Below are positions 56,725 to 64,000 of a DNA stretch of 64,000 nt, one piece after another (the first letter of the stretch is position 1; every line of letters begins with the position of its first letter). The DNA is from Vitreimonas sp. (GTDB lineage: Bacteria > Patescibacteriota > Microgenomatia > UBA1400 > PJMF01), in assembly GCA_035627515.1 (NCBI GenBank), contig DASPLQ010000012.1:1276309-1340308 (forward strand). Reading direction: 5' to 3'. The position numbers were made by a program, and so were the translations under genes. The notes beneath the pieces are model-generated. The model was not told the DNA's origin. It was given only the letters and a program-made list of their open reading frames with translations, and did not search any database.

Positions 56725-57201
56725 ATGAAACGTGGCTCTACGTCCTTCCTCAAAGTTGTCATTTTACTTATCGCACTGGTGGCTCTGGCGGTCATGATTC
56801 GGTTTCCACAGACCGAAGGGCGAGCCGCTAATCTAGATCTCATCAGTATTTATAAAGATCCGTTCATCATCTACATGTATGTCGCCTCAATGCCCTTTTT
56901 TGTAGCACTTTTTCAAGCCTTCAAGCTATTAGGGTATGTTGATAAAAACAACATTTTTTCACAATTAGCAGTACAAGCAGTTCGCAATATAAAATACTGT
57001 GCGTTAGCTAGCATGGGTTTTTTAGTGGGAGCTATTCTTTATATTCAGATGATGGCCCAAGGTGAGGATCCCGCTGGTCCCACTATGGTAGCGTTGATCA
57101 CCATTTTCACTTTAGTAGTGATCGCCACTGCAGCAGCTGTATTTCAAAAGCTTCTCCAAAATGCAGTAGACATCAAATCCGAAAATGACTTAACAGTGTA
57201 G
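56725..57201 (+). CDS. DUF2975 family membrane protein
   Basis: MKRGSTSFLK, ALFQAFKLL.YVDKN..FS, AVDIKSENDLTV. Confidence 0.9.
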   Translation: MKRGSTSFLKVVILLIALVALAVMIRFPQTEGRAANLDLISIYKDPFIIYMYVASMPFFVALFQAFKLLGYVDKNNIFSQLAVQAVRNIKYCALASMGFLVGAILYIQMMAQGEDPAGPTMVALITIFTLVVIATAAAVFQKLLQNAVDIKSENDLTV

Positions 57202-57210
57202 GGAACAGTT

Positions 57211-57420
57211 ATGGCAATAATAATCACTATTGACGTTATGTTGGCAAAGCGAAAAATGAGCGTCACTGAACTCTCAGAAAAAGTAGGGATTACTCTCGCT
57301 AATCTTTCTATTCTCAAAACCGGCAAAGCCAAAGCCATTCGCTTATCTACTTTAGAAGCAATTTGCAAAGCGTTAGATTGCCAACCGGGAGATGTTTTGG
57401 AGTATAGAGGTGAGAACTAA
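57211..57420 (+). CDS. Cro/XRE HTH regulator (YozG-like)
   Basis: IDVMLAKRKMSVTELSEKVGITLANLSILKTGKAKAIRLSTL..ICKALDCQPGD. Confidence 0.93.
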   Translation: MAIIITIDVMLAKRKMSVTELSEKVGITLANLSILKTGKAKAIRLSTLEAICKALDCQPGDVLEYRGEN

Positions 57421-58106
57421 TCTTGAATTTTAACTCTATGTAGGTAGGGATAGACACAAAAACTCAACATCCCGGAAAAGAAGTAGAAAAAACAATCTTC
57501 AAGTGGAATACCTAAAAAATAAATACCTATTAACTTTTCCGTCATCCAGGTTCTTTCTATAAATTGAGGAGTAACTGCTATCATTGCCAGAAAGATTGGC
57601 ACAACCAAGGCGACAGATAAGAATCCATTTATAATCGCAGGAATAACCAACGATTTGTCTTTACTTAATAGAATGACGCTAGAAAAAGATAAAGAAATAA
57701 TTGTTGCAATAAAAGAACCAACCTTCATTTGAAACAGTAAAGTAAATAAAGCTAAATTAAGTGCAATGATAATTAGTAAGCTTAGTACTCTACTATTTAA
57801 AACTTGATTTCCCTTAAAAGAAGTAAAGCGTTTTTTAAAAATAAACAGATAGAGAGATGCGAGTACTCCAGAACTGGCAAAACCTAAAATAATATCTTCT
57901 AAACCAATAGTCGTGCTGGTAATAGTAATAGGTTGCCACCAATCCTGTGTCCACCAAAAGTACTCACCAATTAAACCAAGTGGAGTAAAAATAAGTCCTA
58001 ATTGAATGAGTAAATTGCGCAGGTCTTTTCTAATTAAAAAAATAATAGCCCAAGGAATTATGAATAAACTTGAGCCTAATAAATAAGTATACTGAATAGG
58101 TAGCAT
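57417..58106 (-). CDS. lycopene cyclase domain-containing membrane protein
   Basis: Duplicated W...IGLED / W...GIPLED motifs. Confidence 0.75.
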   Translation of the reverse strand: MLPIQYTYLLGSSLFIIPWAIIFLIRKDLRNLLIQLGLIFTPLGLIGEYFWWTQDWWQPITITSTTIGLEDIILGFASSGVLASLYLFIFKKRFTSFKGNQVLNSRVLSLLIIIALNLALFTLLFQMKVGSFIATIISLSFSSVILLSKDKSLVIPAIINGFLSVALVVPIFLAMIAVTPQFIERTWMTEKLIGIYFLGIPLEDCFFYFFSGMLSFCVYPYLHRVKIQD

Positions 58107-58168
58107 TATTCAAATTGTAGCATTTTTGCAATGGAGTACGGCACTTTTGTACTATGTGAGAAACTGTT

Positions 58169-58894
58169 TTACTCTTTCCAGTCCTGACAATATAGATACC
58201 AGCAAATGTAAATTAATACATAATAACGTTCAGAATTTCCCAACTTATCTTTTAGGTTTAATAAGTAAGCCAGCTTCATTGCTGACTCTTGTTTGAGTTT
58301 TATCAAATTTTCTCGATTAGCAGGTAAAGCTATGACTTCATCATGTATGTCTTCTAAAGTAGTGTTGCGAAATGATATCAACGTCATTACGTTAGCCTCA
58401 CGTTGCAAACTTGGTTTTTCTATTTGCTCATTAAAATGATTTATTTGAGCTTCTAATTTTTTTAGTACTTTATCAACTTTTCCTTCGCTGTCCTCAAACA
58501 TAAACTCATCGTGTTGAGAAATTAAATAATTTATTAAAGCGAAATAACGCAAATCTCTTTTTAAGAATTCTCTTATCAATAGCCAGTCTTTCAAATTATG
58601 AGAACTCTCAATCATTAGTTTTCTCATCAACACATCATCTAGTACTTCTCCTTCAAACACTTTTTTGATGAGACCATTAAAGAAGCAGAACTCTGTTATA
58701 GCTCTAGCTTCTTGAACATATGAGGGTTCAGCTATAGATAGATCAGAAACTTGAGGATTTAACCTTCCCTTTGTAACTAAATCCATTAAGGCATTGGAGA
58801 AACTAGGTTGGAGAACGTCCCATTTGGGATCGTTTGAACTTATTTCTATTAAGACTTGAGTTAAAAGTTCTTTAGCTGAACTGGGTTGTTGCAT
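58169..58894 (-). CDS. AT-rich hypothetical protein
   Basis: 241-aa ORF starting 6 nt past the tRNA-Gln 3' end; internal similarity LMIESSHNL..WLLIREFL..RYFALI and LKQESAMKL..LLNLKDKL..RYYVLI. Confidence 0.6.
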   Translation of the reverse strand: MQQPSSAKELLTQVLIEISSNDPKWDVLQPSFSNALMDLVTKGRLNPQVSDLSIAEPSYVQEARAITEFCFFNGLIKKVFEGEVLDDVLMRKLMIESSHNLKDWLLIREFLKRDLRYFALINYLISQHDEFMFEDSEGKVDKVLKKLEAQINHFNEQIEKPSLQREANVMTLISFRNTTLEDIHDEVIALPANRENLIKLKQESAMKLAYLLNLKDKLGNSERYYVLIYICWYLYCQDWKE

Positions 58895-58900
58895 TTACTG

Positions 58901-58971
58901 ATGCCCGACTAGGATTCGAACCTAGATAAACAGCTTCAAAGGCTGCTGTCCTGCCATTAGACGATCGGGCA
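58901..58971 (-). tRNA. trnQ: tRNA-Gln (TTG)
   Basis: TGCCCGA/TCGGGCA acceptor (U1-A72); GCAGC-CT TTG AA-GCTGT; GGTTCGAATCC; no CCA. Confidence 0.95.
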
Positions 58972-59108
58972 ATGAAATCTGAACTTGTTAACCGAGCCTA
59001 CAACAGGCGGGAAGTAGATTGTACCAAATAACTTTAGAAAACTCGAGAGTTCGTTAGAAAAACAAAAACCTCGAAATTAATCGGGTTTTTTCCGCTATAA
59101 TCAAACCC

Positions 59109-59975
59109 ATGCCGCAAGATAAATTTTCAGCCGTTTGGGTCTCACACAGCTCAATTTGTGATTTCCTCAAGTGCCCTCGCTTGTATTATCTAAAAAACGT
59201 CTATAAAGATCCTGAAACTCGCCACAAAATCAGCATCATGAGCCCGCCATTAGCTTTAGGTCAGTCAGTACATGAAATCATTGAGTCTTTATCAGTGATT
59301 AAGACCCAAGACCGGTTTAAAGAATCATTAATCAGTAAATTTGATCGAGCCTGGAAAAAAGTCAGTGGTAAAAAAGGGGGGTTTAGCTCCGATGAACAAG
59401 AACAAAAATATAAACAGCGTGGAGAAGCTATGCTGCGCCGAGTCATGGACCATCCCGGACCACTCAAAAATTTAGCCGTTAAAATTAATATGGATCTACC
59501 TCATTACTGGCTCTCAGAAGAAGAGGGGATTATCTTGTGTGGTAAAGTAGACTGGCTTGAGTACCATCCCGATACAGATGAAGTCACGATTATTGACTTT
59601 AAAACTGGCAAAGGTGAGGAAGACATCGATTCATTGCAGTTACCTATTTATCACTTGCTGGTAGCCAATACTCAAAAACGCCGCGCTAAAAAGGCCTGCT
59701 ATTGGTATCTCGATCGCGATGACGAAGTCTGTGAGCAAAAACTACCCGATTTAGAAGAATCACATCAAAAAGTCTTAGAAATCGCCAAAAAAATGAAGTT
59801 AGCTCGCAAGCTTGAGATCTTCAAGTGTCCACAGGAAACTGGCTGTTATGCGTGTAAACCTTTTGAAGCAGTGTTACGTGGCGAAGGTGAGTTAATTGGT
59901 GTCAATGAGTATAACGTCGATGTCTATATTTTAAATAGTGCTCAAGCTGGTGGGGAAGATAGTATTATTTTGTAG
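59109..59975 (+). CDS. PD-(D/E)XK nuclease (RecB/AddB-like, stand-alone)
   Basis: SHS...FLKCPR, LGQSVH, GKVD, IIDFKTG, QLPIY, C-terminal CPQETGCYAC. Confidence 0.88.
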   Translation: MPQDKFSAVWVSHSSICDFLKCPRLYYLKNVYKDPETRHKISIMSPPLALGQSVHEIIESLSVIKTQDRFKESLISKFDRAWKKVSGKKGGFSSDEQEQKYKQRGEAMLRRVMDHPGPLKNLAVKINMDLPHYWLSEEEGIILCGKVDWLEYHPDTDEVTIIDFKTGKGEEDIDSLQLPIYHLLVANTQKRRAKKACYWYLDRDDEVCEQKLPDLEESHQKVLEIAKKMKLARKLEIFKCPQETGCYACKPFEAVLRGEGELIGVNEYNVDVYILNSAQAGGEDSIIL

Positions 59976-59983
59976 GAAAAAAA

Positions 59984-60844
59984 ATGAGTTGGATTGTACC
60001 TGCGTTAGGCATGTTTGCGTGTTCAGCGCTGATGTATACCATTATCAGAAAAACGCAGTTATTAGGCGTTCCGAGTGCCATTAATAATTTGGCCATGTTT
60101 TTGATCCCACTACCTTTCAATGTGGTGTATGTATGGTGGAGCGGTGAATCGCTGACTGTCTCTATTTATCAATTAGCCCTGATGGTTTTTACTGCCTTGT
60201 TTCTGTCTTGGCTGGGAAATATTGCTTCCCTCAAAGCCATCGCACTAGCACCTAATCCCGGGTATAGCCTCATCATTTCCAAAAGTTACGTAGTCCTCAC
60301 TGCCATCGCTTCGATTTGGCTGTTTGCTGCACCGTTACCACTCAAAAGTGTGTTGGCAATTGCTATGATCGTGGCTTTCTCTGGATTAATTATTATTAAT
60401 AAAGATGTTACTGCTCACAAAACCGAGTCATCAAGCTGGGTGGGGTATAGTTTGTTAGCCTTCGTCTGCTGGGCAGGTTTAGCGTTAATGTCTAAGTATT
60501 TACTTAACCTGGGCGTCAGTGTCTCAGCCCGATTATTATATGTTTTTGTGATTGTGGCGGCAATTTGTTTAATTGAAGTGAAAAGACAAGGTCTAAGTTT
60601 GCGACTTTCCTATCCAGTGTGGAGGTGGCTGCTCTTGAATGGCCTCTTCCAATTCTTATTCAATTTATTTATGCAGATTGGCTACCAATTAAGTCCCAAT
60701 CCTGGGTATATCAACGCGGTCAATGCCGCTTCAATTGTGTTGTTAACTCTGCTCTCAGCCTGGTTATTTAAAGATGAATTGACACAGCGCAAGTTGATCG
60801 GCGTAGTAGGTGTAACACTGGGCTTAATTGTGTTATTTTTGTAA
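59984..60844 (+). CDS. EamA/DMT family transporter
   Basis: Two repeats, each with (A/S)PNPGY; about 10 TM helices. Confidence 0.85.
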   Translation: MSWIVPALGMFACSALMYTIIRKTQLLGVPSAINNLAMFLIPLPFNVVYVWWSGESLTVSIYQLALMVFTALFLSWLGNIASLKAIALAPNPGYSLIISKSYVVLTAIASIWLFAAPLPLKSVLAIAMIVAFSGLIIINKDVTAHKTESSSWVGYSLLAFVCWAGLALMSKYLLNLGVSVSARLLYVFVIVAAICLIEVKRQGLSLRLSYPVWRWLLLNGLFQFLFNLFMQIGYQLSPNPGYINAVNAASIVLLTLLSAWLFKDELTQRKLIGVVGVTLGLIVLFL

Positions 60845-62017
60845 CGGCACTAAACGATAAATCTTGTCATCACCTGCTTGCACATCACCTCGTCCATCGC
60901 GATTACTCGTTGAAAAATAAATTAAACCGTCAGGTCCTTCAGTTATTTCCCTGACTCGGCCTACTTCCACACCAGCTACTTTTTCTTTAAAAACTACTTT
61001 GGCTGGATCATGCTCATCAAAAACTACTCGGTAAATACCTTCACCACGCAAACCTCCAAATAAAAAGCTGTGCTTTAATTGAGTAAAGACTTTACCTGAG
61101 TAAAACATCCCCGAAGCTGGTGCTACTGCCGGTGTATACAAAACCAGTGGGGAGATCAAACCTTTTTGATTCTTCTCATGAGAGACCAGTGGCCATCCAT
61201 AGTTCTGACCAGCTTTAATGAGATTCACTTCATCGCCACCAGCTGGACCATCGAACAATGATGGGCCGTGCTCTGTAGAGTAGAGGGCTTTTGTCTCCGG
61301 ATGCCAATCAATTCCTTGCGAATTACGATGTCCCCAACTATAAATGGGCGAGTTGGGAAACGGATTATCAGCCGGAACGCTGCCGTCAGCATTGAGTCGC
61401 AATAACTTACCAGCTAAAGAATTTTTATCTTGAGCTAAGGTTCTATCAGTCGCATCACCTGTAGTGATATAGAGTTTATTGTCAGGCCCAAAGCGCAAGC
61501 GAGAACCAGCGTGATTAGGAGCTGCGGGAATATCATCAATTAACGTGCCAGCAATTTTCAGAGTTTGGTTCTCTTCTAGCAACTTAACTACTTTCACTAC
61601 CAATTGACTGTTTTTACTATAGGCATATGAAGTATAAAGAAGATGATTATTAGCAAAGTCGGGATCTAACACTAAACCCATTAAACCTTCCTCGGAGCGA
61701 GTAGAAACTTCAGGAAAAGTGATGAGAGGCTCAGCTTGTAATTCACCATTTATAACCTGACGAATTGCGCCACTCCGCTCAGTAAAAAGCAATCTATTAT
61801 CAGGCGTAAAAGCGATGCTCCAAGGGACAAAAAGGTTATCGGCTACTACTTCAAGTTGATACGGGACTACCTGACCATGATTAGCCACTTCTGAGGAAGG
61901 TGATGACCAGTCATTTAATATAGCTTTTAATGCTGCAGTGATACCAAGATAATTGAGAACAAGCCATCCACTTATTATTACTACTAGCATCACTAGCAAT
62001 ATGAGACTTTTCTTCAT
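60833..62017 (-). CDS. PQQ-dependent sugar dehydrogenase family (GSDH beta-propeller)
   Basis: PWSIAF, EEGLMG, HAGSRLRFGPD, WGHRNSQG, EHGP, NYGWP, GRVR. Confidence 0.92.
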   Translation of the reverse strand: MKKSLILLVMLVVIISGWLVLNYLGITAALKAILNDWSSPSSEVANHGQVVPYQLEVVADNLFVPWSIAFTPDNRLLFTERSGAIRQVINGELQAEPLITFPEVSTRSEEGLMGLVLDPDFANNHLLYTSYAYSKNSQLVVKVVKLLEENQTLKIAGTLIDDIPAAPNHAGSRLRFGPDNKLYITTGDATDRTLAQDKNSLAGKLLRLNADGSVPADNPFPNSPIYSWGHRNSQGIDWHPETKALYSTEHGPSLFDGPAGGDEVNLIKAGQNYGWPLVSHEKNQKGLISPLVLYTPAVAPASGMFYSGKVFTQLKHSFLFGGLRGEGIYRVVFDEHDPAKVVFKEKVAGVEVGRVREITEGPDGLIYFSTSNRDGRGDVQAGDDKIYRLVPLQK

Positions 62018-62041
62018 ACCGGCAGCATAACGAATTACGAC

Positions 62042-63010
62042 CTAGGGAACAAGGAGTGTTGAGTGTGTTTTTCGCAATTTAGCCACAAAAAAGCCTTCCA
62101 TGTGAGGAGAGGGTAATATACGACGTGTCAAAGTGAGTTGTTCATGAAATTGTTTGTGCTTCCATCCTGTCATCGCGGGTGCCAACTCCAAACCGGCAAT
62201 GGAAATTTCCTCCACTACCACTCGGCCGCCTTCTTTTTTAAGTAACCAATCTATTACCATCTCATTTTCCTCAGGCGACAAGGTACAAGTAGAGTACACG
62301 ATCACGCCACCGGGTTTAGTGGCACTAACGGCTGAGCGTAATAAGGCCCGTTGACGAATGCCGAGTTCTTTGACTTTTTTTGGTGACCAGTTTTCCCAAG
62401 TTTTAGGATCATCACACTGGAAGCGACCTTCCATACTACAAGGCACATCCACCAAGGCTCGGTCAAAAGACTCAGGCCAGTGCTGCCAAACTTCTTCACC
62501 CCGACCTCGACGAGTGTTGACTATCTCCACTCCCTGCATTTTCAAGTTAGCTTGTAACTTGTAGAGCCGAATCGTGCTTAAATCATTAGCTAGTATTTCA
62601 CCTTGATTGTTCATCATCATTGCCATTTGTGTGGTTTTACTGCCCGGAGCGGCGGCTAAATCAAGAATGCGCTCACCCGGTTGGGGATCAAGCACCAAGG
62701 GTGGAATCATACTCGATAAACTTTGGACGTAGAGTGCCCCCTGGGTATACAGAGGATGTTCAGTCAGCGCTTTTAGAGATTGGTTTTTTAATATAAAAGC
62801 TGACTCGTACCAGCTGACTGGCTCAAGCTCAAAACCATCTACCTGGAGCTGGGAGAGCAGTTCAGACGGTGAAATCTTTAAAGTATTGGCACGGAGCGTG
62901 GTAGGCCGTTTCACACAAAAACTGTTAGCAACCGCTGGGAAAGCCGCTTCACCTACCACATGGGGTAATCGTTCTAAAAAAGCTGGAGGTAATTGCTGCC
63001 AACCTGACAT
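62042..63010 (-). CDS. RsmB/NOP/RsmF family RNA m5C methyltransferase
   Basis: YVQSLSSM, LDLAAAPGSKT, LVDVPCS.EG, VYSTCTL..EENE. Confidence 0.93.
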   Translation of the reverse strand: MSGWQQLPPAFLERLPHVVGEAAFPAVANSFCVKRPTTLRANTLKISPSELLSQLQVDGFELEPVSWYESAFILKNQSLKALTEHPLYTQGALYVQSLSSMIPPLVLDPQPGERILDLAAAPGSKTTQMAMMMNNQGEILANDLSTIRLYKLQANLKMQGVEIVNTRRGRGEEVWQHWPESFDRALVDVPCSMEGRFQCDDPKTWENWSPKKVKELGIRQRALLRSAVSATKPGGVIVYSTCTLSPEENEMVIDWLLKKEGGRVVVEEISIAGLELAPAMTGWKHKQFHEQLTLTRRILPSPHMEGFFVAKLRKTHSTLLVP

Positions 63011-63043
63011 GCCAATGATTGTAACAGATGATACAATGAGGGT

Positions 63044-63484
63044 ATGTCCATCAAAACTCTCTTTTCCAGTTTGTGCTTAGCGTTAATGCTCAGTTTGTCC
63101 TTGCCAGCTGTGTCCCTTTTGACACCTCCCGTGCAAGCCCAAGTCGCTGGCCCCCGCGCCTCCATTACCTACGCCAGTAAAGGCAGTTCATTTTTGGTGG
63201 TCATGTCTGGTGTCCAAAGTGTGAACTATACCATCGAGTACACTCGAGCCGTTGGCAATGGTGAGATGCTCGAAGGCATCCAGTCAGCCGGCAAAGGTAA
63301 AAAAGGCGCCTATGCCAAGCGGCATTACGCTGGCACTCAGTCATCGAAATACTTCATCCCTCACAAAGTCAAAAGTGGGACTCTGATGGTCAAAGGCAAA
63401 GATCTCAAAGGCAAAGCTTTTTCCAAAACCATTAAGTTCACTGTTAGCTCTAAAGGTGTGTTAAAAGTCATCTCTAGTACATAA
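63044..63484 (+). CDS. hypothetical secreted basic protein
   Basis: Signal-peptide-like N-terminus; TACAAT 6 nt before ATG. Confidence 0.7.
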   Translation: MSIKTLFSSLCLALMLSLSLPAVSLLTPPVQAQVAGPRASITYASKGSSFLVVMSGVQSVNYTIEYTRAVGNGEMLEGIQSAGKGKKGAYAKRHYAGTQSSKYFIPHKVKSGTLMVKGKDLKGKAFSKTIKFTVSSKGVLKVISST

Positions 63485-63504
63485 TGAGCACCGGTGGTAT
63501 TAAC

Positions 63505-63558
63505 AGTAACTTGTTGATATTGCCCCAATTACTCAATTACTTAGTTACTTAATTACTC
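63505..63558. repeat. AGTAAYTN octamer array, ORF-less copy (one forward unit + four reverse units)
   Basis: agtaactt at 63505-63512; caattact caattact tagttact taattact at 63526-63557. Confidence 0.85.
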
Positions 63559-63560
63559 GT

Positions 63561-64000
63561 ATGCCCTTATCAATAGCGATGCTGTCTTTTCATACTTGTC
63601 CGTTAGCTGCGGAAGAGGGCAAAGAGACAGGGGGCATGAATGTTTATGTTTTAGAGTTATCCACTCAATTAGCCAAACTTGGGCATACTATCGATGTTTT
63701 TACTCGCAGCCAAGATCTAGACAACCCCAAAATTGTCCAGGTTCATGACCACCTCCGCGTCATTCATATTCCCGCTGGTCCTGAACAACCTGTCCCTAAA
63801 AAAGAACTTCGTCAGTATCTACCAGAGTTTGTAAAAAATGTTCATGGCTTCATTGCTAAAGAAAAACTTAACTATGATGTGCTTCATAGTCACTATTATT
63901 TATCCGGCTTAGCCGGTATAGAAATTAATCAACACCTTTCTCAACCTCTCCCACATTTACTCACCTTCCATACATTAGCCCTGATGAAAAACTTAGTCGC
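63561..64000 (+). CDS. GT4 glycosyltransferase, MshA-like (runs off window)
   Basis: Own translation: MPLSIAMLSFHTCPLAAEEGKETGGMNVYVLELS..LGH.IDVFTR...AGP...YDVLHSHYYLSG...TFHTL. Confidence 0.88.
   Translation, partial: MPLSIAMLSFHTCPLAAEEGKETGGMNVYVLELSTQLAKLGHTIDVFTRSQDLDNPKIVQVHDHLRVIHIPAGPEQPVPKKELRQYLPEFVKNVHGFIAKEKLNYDVLHSHYYLSGLAGIEINQHLSQPLPHLLTFHTLALMKNLV

Noticed and set aside
59034-59092. AAAAACCTCGA...TCGGGTTTTT hairpin and TTAGAAAA repeat
   Set aside because: Imperfect, low complexity and located between divergent genes; no function can be supported.
59109-59975. Cas4 call for the Cys-containing PD-(D/E)XK nuclease
   Set aside because: No CRISPR or cas context; the motifs fit a stand-alone RecB/AddB-like nuclease equally well.
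664-63165. Numerous 60-143 aa ORFs antisense to or nested in identified genes (e.g. 2864-3055, 11732-12040, 28915-29346, 36681-37052, 45599-45907)
   Set aside because: They lie almost entirely within well-supported CDS and show no motifs; treated as shadow ORFs.
1-64000. Alternative genetic code (UGA=Gly, as in Gracilibacteria/Absconditabacteria) or a prophage
   Set aside because: Conserved genes are full length under code 11, TGA acts as a stop in ATGA/TGATG overlaps, and no phage structural or integrase genes were recognised.

Overview
This is a gene-dense chromosomal window using genetic code 11. By inference it comes from a CPR/Patescibacteria genome, probably Microgenomates-like: short intergenic gaps, many orphan ORFs, clusterless MutY, VKOR next to PyrD, Elp3, an archaeal-type CoaD fusion, and tRNAs without encoded CCA. 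It holds about 70 CDS covering DNA repair (radC, topoisomerase IB, dinB, mutY, rarA, recQ), RNA and translation modification (typA, epmA-like, RluB-like, RlmI-like, RsmF-like, elp3), redox (dipZ, msrB/msrA, VKOR), transport and glycosyl transfer. There are four tRNAs (Gly-TCC, Leu-TAA, Pro-TGG, Gln-TTG). No CRISPR array, integrase or transposase was found. The main leads are: (1) elp3 head-to-head with a Trm9/ALKBH8-like methyltransferase, suggesting a eukaryote-style mcm5U34 wobble pathway in a bacterium; (2) a four-helix-bundle gene enclosed by inverted AGTAAYTN octamer arrays, with an ORF-less copy of the same arrays about 59 kb away; (3) an EpmA-like gene coupled to a non-KamA SPASM radical SAM under a palindromic operator; (4) pervasive leaderless promoter architecture; (5) a VKOR plus divergent DHODH pair and an archaeal-type CoaD-DUF359 fusion. 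All family calls come from motif recognition by eye; no database search was run.
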